From NCBI GenBank assembly GCA_963782055.1, contig CAWAIF010000003.1:3200001-3264000 (forward strand): a stretch of 64,000 nucleotides of DNA, read 5' to 3'. How positions within the stretch are numbered: position 1 is the stretch's first letter; each line of letters begins with the position of its first letter. This DNA is from an uncultured delta proteobacterium (GTDB lineage Bacteria; Myxococcota_A; Polyangia; Polyangiales; Polyangiaceae). Of the stretch, positions 47,545 to 63,728 are shown one piece after another. The notes under the pieces were generated by a model. That model was not told the origin of the DNA. It searched no databases and saw nothing but the letters and a program-made list of their open reading frames with translations. Both the position numbers and the translations under genes were made by a program.

Positions 47545-49130
47545 TCCGCCGCGCGCTCACGATGCTGGCCCTCGGCGCGGCGTGCGCGGGCTGCCGGGGC
47601 GCCATGCCGCCTGTGTCGCGCGTGGTGGACGGCCGCACGGTGGAGGGCCAGTTCGTGGGGGCGCGCGCGTACGCCCTCTTCCTGCGCGGCGCGGTGGCCG
47701 AGGAGTCCGGCCGCCTGGACGAGGCGATCCGCGACTACGAGGCGGTCACCGCCTGGGACACCGGCGACGCCGAGGTCTTCGCGCGCATCGCGGCGGTGCG
47801 CTGCAAGCGTGACCCTGCAGACCCGCGCGCGCGAGAGGCAGTCATCCACGCCCTCTCCATCGACCCGCAGTACGGCCCGGCGTGGGCCGCGGCCGCGGCG
47901 TGCGCCACCCCGGCGGAGGCGATGGCGGATCTACGCAAGGCTGCCGCGGCGGAGCCGGCGTCCATCCGCGTGCAGCTCTCCTTCACCGACGCGCTGGATC
48001 GCGCCGGCGCCCCGGCGGAGGCGGGCCGGCGCCTGGTCGCGCTGACGCTCGCCGAGCCGCAGAGCGGCGCCGCGTGGAGCGCGCTGGGCGCCTGGGCCGA
48101 GGCGCACGACGACGTGGCACTGGCCGCCCGCGCCTGGGCCGAGCTCGCGCGCGTCGCGCCGATGCGCCAGGCCGAGGTGGCGCGGCGCGCGGCGGCCCTG
48201 GCCGGCGAGGGACAGCTCGCGCCTGCGCGTGACGTGGCCGCGGCGCTCCTCCGCGCGCGCAGGCGGCGGGATCACGGCGGCGCCCCGCTCTCGCAGGATC
48301 TGCTCCGCCCCGTGGCGCTGCTCGCCGTGGACTCCGCCCTCGCCCGCGGGGACGGCGACGCCGCGCGCGCCTTCGCCACCGCCGGGCACCTCCGGCTGGA
48401 CGAGGTCGCGGCCCGGGCGGTCGCGCTGGGCCAGGGTGGGATCGCGCGGGCCATCGCGGGGGAGGTCGCCGCGGCGGACCCGAAGGACGCGGGCGCGCGG
48501 CTGATCCTCGCGGCCGGCGGGGATGCCTCGGCCCTCGCCGGAGACGGCGCCGGCGTCGCGTCGGCGTCGCCCTTGGCGTGCCTCGTCTTCCTGCGCGCCC
48601 TCACCCGGGGCGCGGGGGACGAAGCGGCGCGCGCGGCGTACGGCGCGCTCGCGTGCGCGCCGGTGCCGGACGACGCGGTGGCGACGCCCATCGCGGTGGA
48701 CCTCGCCGCGCGCGGCGTCCTCCCGGACGCGGCGCTGGGGCCGGCGGCGCGCGTGGAGCTGGCGCTACGGATGCAGCGCGCGGTGTCCGGCGTGGACCGC
48801 GCCAGGCTGGACGCTCGGCACCGCTTCGCCCTGCTCGCCTACGACTCGCCCGCCTCGCCGGAGGCCGCCCGCCTCGCCGCGCGCTTCGCTCGCCGCCACT
48901 CGCGCGATCCGCTGGTGCTCTCGGGGATGGTGCGCGTCGCCGCCGCGTCCGGTCACGCGCTGGGCGCCAGGGACGGGGAGGCCATCGCGCAAGCCGCGCC
49001 GAGCGATCCCATCGTCTACGCCGCGCTGGTGCAGGCCCTCACGCCGAAGCAGCCCGGCGCCGCCGCCCGCGTGCGAGCCCGCCTCGCCGCCGTCGCCGTC
49101 ACCCCCGCCGAGCGACGACTGGCGTACTGA
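47541..49130 (+). CDS. Ala-rich TPR-like lipoprotein
   Basis: ATGA-coupled to hisC; lipobox CAGC; AYALFLRG..EAIRDYE TPR-like helices. Confidence 0.65.
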   Translation: MIRRALTMLALGAACAGCRGAMPPVSRVVDGRTVEGQFVGARAYALFLRGAVAEESGRLDEAIRDYEAVTAWDTGDAEVFARIAAVRCKRDPADPRAREAVIHALSIDPQYGPAWAAAAACATPAEAMADLRKAAAAEPASIRVQLSFTDALDRAGAPAEAGRRLVALTLAEPQSGAAWSALGAWAEAHDDVALAARAWAELARVAPMRQAEVARRAAALAGEGQLAPARDVAAALLRARRRRDHGGAPLSQDLLRPVALLAVDSALARGDGDAARAFATAGHLRLDEVAARAVALGQGGIARAIAGEVAAADPKDAGARLILAAGGDASALAGDGAGVASASPLACLVFLRALTRGAGDEAARAAYGALACAPVPDDAVATPIAVDLAARGVLPDAALGPAARVELALRMQRAVSGVDRARLDARHRFALLAYDSPASPEAARLAARFARRHSRDPLVLSGMVRVAAASGHALGARDGEAIAQAAPSDPIVYAALVQALTPKQPGAAARVRARLAAVAVTPAERRLAY

Positions 49131-49139
49131 GCCTCCCCC

Positions 49140-50081
49140 TCACGGGATGATGGGGGGCAGGTCCTTGCGGCGCGGCTGCGGCGCCGACTTGTCGAAGGGC
49201 ACGTTCAGGTCCACCTTCGTCACGACGCCGTTCTTCACGTCGATGTCCTCGTGGACGTCGCCCTCGATGGCGGGGTGGCGCACGCCGATGTGGAGCTTGC
49301 CCACGGGCACCCCCTCGATGCGGTAGTGCCCGGAGATGTCGGTCACCGCGTGCAGCGGCTGGCCGATGACGTACACGTCGGCGTCCATCCACTTGTGGCC
49401 GGAGCGATCGACGAGGCGGTAGCGCCCCATCACCTTGGGGTACAGGCGCACCGGGTCGCCGTTGGGCGTGGCCATCATCAGCGCGGGGAGCGGCTGGTTC
49501 TCGAAGGACGGCCCGTACAGCCCGGCGGAGGGCGCGCTCTTGTTCTGCACCTCCAGCGCCTGCCCGAAGGTGAGGTCGATCGTTCGCTCGCTGAAGGCGC
49601 AGTCCTTGATGAAGATGCGCTTGGCCTCCTTCTGCTCCGGAAGGAAGAAGCCGCTGTAGCCGGTGACGACGACCATGGCGTCGGCCAGGGCGCGCTTGCC
49701 GTCGGCCATCGGCGGGCCCTCGCGGAAGGCGTGGCCGTAGGTGTTCTTGGCCACCGGACACTTGTCGAAGTTCTTGCCCATGGCGACCGGGGCGGCCGGC
49801 CCTGTCACCGTCACCGTGCCCTCCACCACGCCCGTCGGCCCCTTGTAGGCCGGGAGATGGCGCGGGTTGACGGTCTGGTCCACCTTCAGGGTGGGCACCG
49901 GCAGCGCGTTGATGGGCGCGGAGGCGTCGTGGGCGGTTGCCAACGGAGTTGCGTCAGGCGCCGAGGCGGCCGGCGTATCGGCGGGCGAGGGCTGATCGGG
50001 CTGTGTGTGGCACGCGGCGAGCGCGATCCCGAGGGCGACGCTGCCAACGGCGATGGCAGAAAGAGGCAGCCTGGCGGTCAT
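49140..50081 (-). CDS. Lipoprotein with carboxypeptidase-regulatory/cupredoxin-like beta domains
   Basis: Lipobox LAAC; GVVEGTVTV, KDCAFSER, HKWM, AVTDISGHYRIEGVPVG. Confidence 0.72.
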   Translation of the reverse strand: MTARLPLSAIAVGSVALGIALAACHTQPDQPSPADTPAASAPDATPLATAHDASAPINALPVPTLKVDQTVNPRHLPAYKGPTGVVEGTVTVTGPAAPVAMGKNFDKCPVAKNTYGHAFREGPPMADGKRALADAMVVVTGYSGFFLPEQKEAKRIFIKDCAFSERTIDLTFGQALEVQNKSAPSAGLYGPSFENQPLPALMMATPNGDPVRLYPKVMGRYRLVDRSGHKWMDADVYVIGQPLHAVTDISGHYRIEGVPVGKLHIGVRHPAIEGDVHEDIDVKNGVVTKVDLNVPFDKSAPQPRRKDLPPIIP

Positions 50082-50112
50082 TGCCTCCACTGTAATCAAG
50101 AACCGTGCTCGC

Positions 50113-51630
<1,518 letters not shown>

Positions 51631-51633
51631 GGC

Positions 51634-53546
<1,913 letters not shown>

Positions 53547-53547
<1 letters not shown>

Positions 53548-56402
53548 CAGTTCTGCCCCAGTTCGAGCGTGAGGGTCTTGGCCGCACGCGGGACATAGAC
53601 CGTGGTGCTCGCGGTCAACCCGTGCAGCACCTTGGAGAAGACGTTGTGAGCGCGGAGCTCGACGGGCCGCGTCGTCTCCTGCACGGCGTCGGAGTCGGGC
53701 TCCAGGTGCAGCGTCACCTGGGCGGTCGGGCCGAAGGCCTCCGGCCCGACGGGCGTCCACCTGTCACCAGGCGCGGCGCACTTGGCGTGCTCCGACCGCA
53801 GGTCCTTGGTGACCTTCTGCTCTTCGTCGGCGCGGGCGGTGCGGTCGGAGATCTTGGTGGCCTTGTCCCACTGCTCCAGCCATTGCTTCTTGTCCGGCTC
53901 GCACTGCTGCCACTGGTACTGGTAGTCGAGGTAACCGCCGGCCGTGCCGGCGCTCAGCACGACATCGGTGCCCTTGCTCGCCATCGTCGCGTCGGCGTGG
54001 GGCCAGATGAAGAACCAGCCCACGACGGCGATGCCGATCACCATGATGGCCGCGTACGCGTGCACGACCCCGTTCTGGAAGGCGCGCAGGACGGTGCCGA
54101 GCATGGCCACGATGAAGGAGGTGGCCTTGGCGAGCACGCCGTCGACGAACCACTGGTCGAACGAGGCAGCCGTGTCGGCGAGGGCGTCCACCGCAGCGAC
54201 CGCGGTGGCGTCGTAGGCATCGTCCAGGCCGATGGACTTGTAGCGCCACACCATCCCGGCGCCGAGGAGCACCAGGCCGCCGGACCAGACGTACTTGGAG
54301 GTGCTGCCGGGCGCCCAGTTGATGAGGAGCCAGGCCAGGACGCCGAGCACCGCGACCAGGATGCCGCTCATCGCCATGACGCCGCGGGTGGCGAGGCGCA
54401 GGTACTCCTTCTCGGCCGCCCCCTTCTGCATGACGTAGAAGTAGTAGGCGACGCCGGTGCCGATCGCCCAGGCCCCGAGGCCGCCCCCCATCAGGGTCCA
54501 CTCCATGCCCCCGCGGCCGTGGGCCACGCCCACCGCCCCGGTCGTGGCGTCGGCGAACACCGGCTCCAGCCAGTGGTCCAGAGGCGTGAAGTGGAACAGG
54601 CCGGCGTTGAGGACGCCGGCGAAGGCGGCCCCCGTCGCCAGGACGATGAGCGGCACCGTCATCTGCCAGGGCGACTCGTGCGGGGCGTATCCCGGCTGGG
54701 TCAGGTCCTCGTGATGCTCGTGCGCCGCCGCGTCGTCGTCGTGCGCGTGCGCCTCCTCGTCGGCCTCCGCCTCCGCCCTGGCGAGCACCGACGGGCGGCC
54801 GATGCTCCAGCCGCGGAAGTCCCCGTAGAAGGTGAGGAACAGGGAGCGGCACATGTAGAAGGCGGTGAGCACCGCCGCCAGCACGCCGGTCCAGTACACC
54901 ATAGGCCCGATCCAGGCGGGCGGGACGAAGGGCGTGTTGTGCGAGCGCTCCAGCTGCTTCATCAGCGGGTGCGAGAGCTGGTCGACGTAGGAGCGGTAGA
55001 GGATCTCGTCCTTGGAGAAGAACCCGCTGAAGGGCGGCGTGCCGATGATGGCCGCCGTCGCCACGAGGTAGGTCCAGAAGGTGTAGGGCATGTACTTCCG
55101 CAACCCGCCCATGTTGCGCATGTCCTGCGACGCGTCGTGGTCGTGGACGCGAGCGTGCATCGCGTGGATGACGCTGCCGGCGCAGAGGAAGAGGCAGCCC
55201 TTGAAGAAGGCGTGCGTCAGGACGTGGAAGAAGCCCGCGGTGAACGCCCCCACGCCCACGCCCAGGAACATGTACCCGAGCTGGGAGACCGTGGAGTAGG
55301 CGAGCACCTTTTTTATGTCGTTCTGTACGCACGCTATCGTCGCGGCGTAGAGCGCGGTGCCCGCGCCGATGATGGAGATGAGCATCATCACGAAGGGCGA
55401 CATGACGAAGACGAAGGAGAGCCGGCAGATGAGGTAGATGCCGGCCGTGACCATCGTCGCGGCGTGGATGAGCGCGCTGACCGGCGTGGGGCCGGCCATG
55501 GCGTCGGGGAGCCAGGTGTACAGCGGGATCTGCGCGCTCTTGCCGGTGCACCCGAGGAGCAGCGCCAGGCCGACCGCCGTGGCCGCGCTCACCGTGAGCG
55601 GGTGGTGCGGCTGCAGGAAGGCGAACATCCCCTCGTAGCGGCCGCCGCCGACGGGCCAGATGTGGATGCGCATCATGTCGCTGGGCGGTTCCACCAGCGA
55701 GGTCGCCCCGTTCTGGATGCCCGCCCAGTCCAGCGCGCCGGTGTAGTGCGCGAAGAGGAACATCGCGCAGAGGAGGCCGAAGTCGCCGATGCGGTTGGCG
55801 ATGAAGGCCTTCTTGCCGGCGGCGGCGTTGGGCGCGTGGTCGTACCAGAAGCCGATGAGCAGGTAGGAGCAGAGGCCCACGCCCTCCCAGCCGACGAAGA
55901 GCAGGGGGAGGTTGTCCGCCATCACCAGGACCAGCATCGAGAAGATGAACAGGTTCAGGTAGGAGAAGAAGCGCCAGAACGCCTTGTCCTCCGCCATGTA
56001 CGCCGTGGAGTACAGGTGGATGAGCGAGCCGATGCCCGTGATGATGAGCATCATCACGCTGGAGAGCGCGTCGACGCTGAACTTGACCTCGACGGGGACG
56101 TCGGTCGCGCCCGGGCCACCGTTGGTGTGCATCCAGTGCCAGACCGTCCACGTGAGGCGGACGTGATCGTGCACCATCTTGCCCGCCTCGGTGTGGGCGG
56201 TCGCGTCGATCCGGCCATCCAGGACGATGAAGGTGACCACCGCCGCGACGAAGCTCACCACCACCGTGGCCACGCCCATGACGCGCACCGCCGGCTTGCC
56301 GAGGCGCTTGCCCCAGATGCCGTTGACCAGGGCGCCGAGCAACGGCATCCCCAGGATGATGCCCATCAGGGAGAAGTCGTCCCGCGGGAAGAGGGTGGCC
56401 AT
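53547..56402 (-). CDS. nuoL: NADH-quinone oxidoreductase subunit L, enlarged
   Basis: FVGWEGVG, KAFIANRIGD, GKSAQIPL..WLPDAMAGPTPVSALIHAATMV, KKVLAYST, HAFFK, SGFFSKD. Alternative start at 56417. Confidence 0.95.
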
Positions 56403-56478
56403 CAAGCCGGGATGCATCGGTTCATTACCTCGAGGGCGTAAGGTTCTCGGGGCTGATGCAGCGGCCCCAAGGAGAAGG

Positions 56479-56784
56479 TCAGTTCTTGAGCAGGTCGGCC
56501 TCGTCGGAGCGGACGGTGCGCTTGATGCGGAACAGGGAGATGACGATCGCCAGGCCGACGGCGACCTCCGCCGCGGCCGCGGCGATGATGAAGAAGGCGA
56601 ACACCTGGCCGGTGTGGTTGGACGTCGCCGCCCGGTTGAAGGCGACGAGCAGCAGGTTCACCGCGTTGAGCATGAGCTCGAGGCTCATGAGGGCGACCAG
56701 GATGTTGCGGCGCACCAAGAAGCCGATCCCCCCGATGACGAAGAGGACGGAAGCGAGGACCACGAAGTGTTCGACCGGGATCAC
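56479..56784 (-). CDS. nuoK: NADH-quinone oxidoreductase subunit K
   Basis: RRNIL..LMSLELMLNAVN, AAAEVAVGLA. GTG 56784 overlaps the nuoJ stop. Confidence 0.96.
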   Translation of the reverse strand: MIPVEHFVVLASVLFVIGGIGFLVRRNILVALMSLELMLNAVNLLLVAFNRAATSNHTGQVFAFFIIAAAAAEVAVGLAIVISLFRIKRTVRSDEADLLKN

Positions 56785-57335
56785 GACGACCCCTCCTTCC
56801 GGGCGGCCAGCGGCTGGTCCGTCTGGTGGCGCCCGCGCGCGACGGCGACGGCGCCGATGATGGCGATCATGAGGAGGGCGCTGGAGAGCTCGAACGGTCC
56901 GATATCGGCCGTGTACAGGACCTTGCCCACGGCGTCGATGCTGCCAAAGTCGGCCGGCACGCTCGCCAGGCGGTGGGCCTCGCCCCAGCCCGGGCGCACC
57001 GCCAGGTAGACGGCGAAGAGCGACGCGAGGCCGAAGAGCGTGCCGCCTATCGTCCGCGTCACCCTGCCGCGGTGATCGCGCGCGCTCGTCGCGCTCGGCC
57101 CGAGGAGCATGATGACGAAGATGAAGAGCACGACGATCGCCCCCGCGTAGACGATGAGCTGGATGATCGCCAGGAACTCGGCGTGCAGCGAGAGGAAGAG
57201 CCCGGCGATGCTGACGATGGTCACCAGCAGACCGATCGCCCCGCGGATCGGGTTGCGCGCGGAGACGGTGGCGAGGGCACCCGCCACGGCGAAGGCCGCG
57301 CACGCGTAGAAGTAGATGTAGCCCAGAGCGGTCAT
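56781..57335 (-). CDS. nuoJ: NADH-quinone oxidoreductase subunit J
   Basis: RNPI, AEFLA..QLIVYAGAIVVLFIFVIMLL, PFEL.S.LL. Confidence 0.96.
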   Translation of the reverse strand: MTALGYIYFYACAAFAVAGALATVSARNPIRGAIGLLVTIVSIAGLFLSLHAEFLAIIQLIVYAGAIVVLFIFVIMLLGPSATSARDHRGRVTRTIGGTLFGLASLFAVYLAVRPGWGEAHRLASVPADFGSIDAVGKVLYTADIGPFELSSALLMIAIIGAVAVARGRHQTDQPLAARKEGSS

Positions 57336-57345
57336 CGCGTCCCCG

Positions 57346-58704
<1,359 letters not shown>

Positions 58705-58706
58705 CG

Positions 58707-59186
58707 TCACTGCTCCCGCAGCTTCGCGAGGATCTCGTCCACCTTCTCGAGGGTGAGGTTCTCGAAGTATTCCTTGTCGACCTGCATCATCGGGGCGGTG
58801 CCGCAGCTCGCCAGGCACTCCGCGGTGCGCAGGGTGACGGCGCCGTCGGCGCTCGTCTCGCCGGCCTTGATGCCCAGGCGCTTCTCGCAGTGCTCGAGCA
58901 CCTGCCCGGCGCCGCGCAGCGCGCAGGGGAGGGTGCGGCACACCCACACCTGGTGGCGGCCTACCTCGTGCTGGTTGAAGAGCGTGTAGAAGGTGAGCAC
59001 GCCCTCCACGTGCGCGCGGGAGAGCTCCAGCCGGTCGGCGACGAACTCGAGGACGTCCTGACCAATCCACCCGTTCTGCTCCTGGCAGAGGTGGAGCAGC
59101 GGGATGCACGCCGCCATCTTCGTGGGATACCGGGTGAGGAGGTCTTTGAGCTTCTGCTCACGGTCGGCGGACAGGACGAAGGGCAT
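58707..59186 (-). CDS. nuoE: NADH-quinone oxidoreductase subunit E
   Basis: TFYTLF, VCRTLPC, ECLASC..AP [2Fe-2S] ligands. Confidence 0.95.
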   Translation of the reverse strand: MPFVLSADREQKLKDLLTRYPTKMAACIPLLHLCQEQNGWIGQDVLEFVADRLELSRAHVEGVLTFYTLFNQHEVGRHQVWVCRTLPCALRGAGQVLEHCEKRLGIKAGETSADGAVTLRTAECLASCGTAPMMQVDKEYFENLTLEKVDEILAKLREQ

Positions 59187-59437
59187 CGGTGGTCTTTGGG
59201 GGGCGCGGATCGCGCATGTCGGCTCTGCCTCTGCGGCGAGAAATCCCGCGCGCGCGAGGGAAAAGCCGGGAAATGCGTGGCGGACGCTAGTGGCGAGGGT
59301 GCACGGGTGTCAAGCACCTCGTCCCCTCGCGAAACTCCTTGAGCGCTCCGGATCAGCGGCAGTATGCTCCCTCGACTTTTCCCGGCCGGCGTAGTGCCGG
59401 CGGGCTAGTTTTCCGGCCCCGCAAGCGAGGTGGCGAG

Positions 59438-60526
59438 GTGTTCTGTCCGAACTGTGGCACGCAAAACCCTGGCGAAGCCCAGACCTGCACCAAGTGCAGC
59501 TTCAATCTGAAGGGCGCCGCTGCACCGAAGTTCAAGGGCACGATGCTCATGTCCAACCCGAGCGCGCCCTCCGGGCCGCCGGCGCCGCCGGGCACGCCGA
59601 ACGCCGGCGCCCCGATGCCGCCGCGTCCTGCCGGGCCTCCGCCCAGCAAGCTGAAGGGGACGATGGTCGGCGTCGCGCCACCCATGCCCGGTTCGGCGCC
59701 CAAGCCGCCGGACGCTGCTGCCGCTGCTGCGGCCGCCGCCGCCGCGCCGCCCGGGCAGCAGGGCACGCAGCTGATGGGCGCCTTCCCGCCTCCGGGTGGC
59801 GGCGGTCCGCGCCCCCCGTCCCAGCCCCCGCCCGCGCCCCCGCCGGGGCAGGGTGGTTTCGGCGCGCCTCCTGGTGGTGGTGGCGTGAACCCCCTCGGGG
59901 GGACGATGGTCGCCTCCGACATGAACTTCCCCCCGCCCGGTGGTGGCCCTCCGGCGCCCGGCGGCTTCGGCGCTCCCCCCGGCAGCACACCGCCGCCCGC
60001 GCCCGGCGGCTTCGGCGCTCCGCCCCCCGACGCCGGCGCTCCGCCTGGCGGCGGCTTCGGCGGTCCTCCGCCTGGCGGCGGCTTCGGCGGTCCTCCGCCT
60101 GGCGGCGGCTTCGGTGGCCCTCCGCCTGGCGGCGGCTTCGGCGGCCCTCCGCCTGGCGGCTTCGGTGGCCCTCCGCCCGGTGCTCCGGCGCCTGGCGGCT
60201 TCGGCGGCTTCGATCCCAACGCACAGCAGCCTCCGCCCGGCGGCGCGATGCAGCCCTTCCAGCCCCCCGGGCCGATGATGGGCGGCCCCGGTGGCCCCGG
60301 CGAAATGATGGCCGGCGGTGTCAGCGACAAGCAGTGGATGACGACGCTCATCCTCTGCGTGTTCGTCGGCGGCCTCGGCGTGCACCGCTTCTACACCGGC
60401 AAGACGGGCACCGGCATCGCCATGCTCCTCACCTTCGGCGGGTGCGGCCTCTGGACGCTCTACGATCTCATCATGATCATCATGGGCAAGTTCACCGACG
60501 CGCAGGGGCGAGCCCTCGCCAAGTGA
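59438..60526 (+). CDS. Zinc-ribbon + Pro/Gly-rich linker + TM2 domain membrane protein
   Basis: GTG start FCPNCG..CTKC; long PG-rich region; TM2 motif [22 protein letters not shown]. Confidence 0.88.
   Translation: MFCPNCGTQNPGEAQTCTKCSFNLKGAAAPKFKGTMLMSNPSAPSGPPAPPGTPNAGAPMPPRPAGPPPSKLKGTMVGVAPPMPGSAPKPPDAAAAAAAAAAAPPGQQGTQLMGAFPPPGGGGPRPPSQPPPAPPPGQGGFGAPPGGGGVNPLGGTMVASDMNFPPPGGGPPAPGGFGAPPGSTPPPAPGGFGAPPPDAGAPPGGGFGGPPPGGGFGGPPPGGGFGGPPPGGGFGGPPPGGFGGPPPGAPAPGGFGGFDPNAQQPPPGGAMQPFQPPGPMMGGPGGPGEMMAGGVSDKQWMTTLILCVFVGGLGVHRFYTGKTGTGIAMLLTFGGCGLWTLYDLIMIIMGKFTDAQGRALAK
60041..60172 (+). repeat. 27-bp coding tandem repeat (PPGGGFGGP) x4 plus a 24-bp variant
   Basis: Units start at 60041, 60068, 60095, 60122 and 60149. 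Confidence 0.9.
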
Positions 60527-60527
60527 C

Positions 60528-60971
60528 GTGGCGCTCGCGCGGCAGGCCGACGCCGGCTTGACCGCCGGGCGCCTGGCGCCGAGGCCGGGCTGGGCGAAGC
60601 GCGCCCTGGCTCCGCTCGCCGTGTCCCTCGCGTTCGTCGCCGACGTGCGCGGCTGGTTCACGTGGCATTGCCCCGTCGCGTGGGCCTTCCACGTGCCGTG
60701 CCCCACGTGCGGCGTCACGCGCGCCACGCGCCACCTGCTCCACCTCGATCTGGCGGGGGCGACGCGCGTTCACCCGCTGGCGCTGGTGGTCGTGCCCTTC
60801 GTCGCGGCGCTGGTCGCGGGGGAGCTCGCTGCGTTCGCCTGGACGGGTCGGCTCGGGAGCGTCACGCGACGCCCGTGGGTGCGCCGCGCGGGCTTCGCGC
60901 TGTGCGTGGCCCTCTTCGTGGTGTGGGTGGCGCGCTTCCTCGGCGCCTTCGGCGGTCCGGTGGGCGTGTAG
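60528..60971 (+). CDS. DUF2752-like membrane protein
   Basis: CP......PCPTCGVTRA motif, HPLA, TM helices; directly follows the TM2 gene. Confidence 0.82.
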   Translation: MALARQADAGLTAGRLAPRPGWAKRALAPLAVSLAFVADVRGWFTWHCPVAWAFHVPCPTCGVTRATRHLLHLDLAGATRVHPLALVVVPFVAALVAGELAAFAWTGRLGSVTRRPWVRRAGFALCVALFVVWVARFLGAFGGPVGV

Positions 60972-61001
60972 AGGGCCTCAGGTCGAAGAGCCCGACGCCC
61001 T

Positions 61002-62109
<1,108 letters not shown>

Positions 62110-62188
62110 GGTGGTGGGGCGTCATAGAGCCAATGCCGTCCCGGCGCAAAGAGAAGGGGCAGCGACCTCGCGGGGCGCCCATCGGTGG

Positions 62189-62194
62189 TAGATT
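62189..62194 (+). promoter_or_regulatory. Putative extended -10 element (TG-G-TAGATT) 7 nt before the coaBC ATG
   Basis: TAnnnT with upstream TG; no SD between it and ATG 62202. Confidence 0.5.
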
Positions 62195-62201
62195 CCCGGC
62201 G

Positions 62202-63413
62202 ATGGACGGGCAGCTCAGCGGGAAGACGGTCGCGCTCTGCGTGACGGGCAGCATCGCGGCGTACAAGGCGGCGATCCTGGCGCGGCTGCTCGTGAAGGCG
62301 GGGGCGCGGGTGCTCCCGGTGATGACGCGCGCGGCGCGCGAGTTCCTCGGCCCCATGACCCTCTCCGGGATCACCGGCAGCCCGGTGGCCGAGTCGATGT
62401 GGGACTCGTCTCAGCCCGGGGAGCTGCACGTGGACCTCGCCGCGCAGGCCGACATCGTCGCCATCGTGCCGGCCACCGCCGACGTGCTCGCGCGGCTCGC
62501 CCAGGGGCGCGCCAACGACCTGGTGACCGCCCTGGTGCTGTGCGCGCGGGGCCCCATCCTCGCCGCGCCGGCGATGCACCCGCGCATGTGGGCGCACCCG
62601 GCGACGCAGCAGAACGTCTCCGAGCTGGCCTACCAGGGCCGGCTCACGCTGGTGGGTCCGGTGAGCGGGCAGGTCGCCTCCGGGGACGACGGGACCGGAC
62701 GGATGGCGGAGCCGGAGGCCGTCCTCGCCGCCATCGTCGCGGCGCTCGCGCCGAAGGACTTCGCCGGCAAGCACGTGCTGGTGACCGCCGGGCCCACGCT
62801 GGAGGACCTGGACCCGGTGCGCTACCTGGGCAACCGCTCCACCGGCAAGATGGGCTTCGCTATCGCCGAGCGCGCGGCGGCGCGCGGCGCGGAGGTGACG
62901 CTCGTCGCCGGGCCGGTGAGCCTGCCCACGCCGCCCGGGGTGAAGCGCATCGACGTGCGCGGCGCCGTGGCGATGCGCGGTGCGGTCTGGCAGGTGACCT
63001 CGCTCGACCTCTCCAAGGTCGACGCGGTGATCATGGCCGCGGCGGTGGCGGATTACCGCCCCTCGGAGGTGAGCGCGTCCAAGCTGAAGAAGCAGGGCAA
63101 GAGCGCGACGCTGGACCTCACGCGCAACCCCGATGTCCTCGCCGAGGTGGGCCAGGCGCGCGCGGGGCAGCGGCCGGTGCTCGTCGGCTTCGCCCTGGAG
63201 ACCGACGCGCACGAGGGGATGGTCGCGGAGGCGCAGCGCAAGCGCGTCCAGAAGCGCGTGGACGTGATCGTCGCCAACGAGGCGCGCTCCGCGTTCGCTG
63301 GCGACGACAACGAGGTGACCCTGGTCACGGCCTCCGGCGAGGAGCGCCTGCCCCGCATGAGCAAGGCCTCCGTCGCCGAGGCCATCCTCGACCGCGTGCG
63401 GCCCTTGCTGTAG
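62202..63413 (+). CDS. coaBC: Phosphopantothenoylcysteine decarboxylase/ligase
   Basis: VTGSIAAYKA, PATA, APAM, GRMAEP, VTAGPT.E.LDPVRY..NRSTGKMG, AAVADY, VGFALET. Confidence 0.96.
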   Translation: MDGQLSGKTVALCVTGSIAAYKAAILARLLVKAGARVLPVMTRAAREFLGPMTLSGITGSPVAESMWDSSQPGELHVDLAAQADIVAIVPATADVLARLAQGRANDLVTALVLCARGPILAAPAMHPRMWAHPATQQNVSELAYQGRLTLVGPVSGQVASGDDGTGRMAEPEAVLAAIVAALAPKDFAGKHVLVTAGPTLEDLDPVRYLGNRSTGKMGFAIAERAAARGAEVTLVAGPVSLPTPPGVKRIDVRGAVAMRGAVWQVTSLDLSKVDAVIMAAAVADYRPSEVSASKLKKQGKSATLDLTRNPDVLAEVGQARAGQRPVLVGFALETDAHEGMVAEAQRKRVQKRVDVIVANEARSAFAGDDNEVTLVTASGEERLPRMSKASVAEAILDRVRPLL

Positions 63414-63433
63414 CGACAGGGCTGGGCTAATCG

Positions 63434-63486
63434 GCTGCTCGCGCGCGTCCCACCATCGGGGAGGTTTCCCCGGGGGCGCGAGCAGC
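63434..63486 (+). terminator. GC-rich hairpin after coaBC (possible terminator or leader structure)
   Basis: 11-bp stem GCTGCTCGCGC/GCGCGAGCAGC enclosing CGGGGA-GGTT-TCCCCG; no U-tract. Confidence 0.35.
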
Positions 63487-63487
63487 T

Positions 63488-63678
63488 CGCGTGGTCGTGG
63501 GAGAGCGCTTTCTCCCACCAAGGGAAGCTGGCGAACATCCAGCACGGCCCCCGCCACGGTGACCGGGGACGAACCTGCGACAGCCACTGGGGTGACCGAT
63601 GCTTGCATCATGCAACGATCGGCGCGCTGGGAAGGCGCAGGGGAGGACGATCCGGAAGTCCGGAGACCGGACCACGCG
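63488..63678 (+). ncRNA. Cobalamin (B12) riboswitch aptamer
   Basis: P1 CGCGTGGT/ACCACGCG; AAGGGAA; GCTGG..CCAGC; CCCCGCCACGGTG; GCCACTG; GGGAAGG; B12 box AAGTCCGGAGACC. Confidence 0.92.
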
Positions 63679-63728
63679 GGCAACCTCGAGATTGGCTGCG
63701 CGGGAGTGGCGCGGCCAAGGGTGCGATC

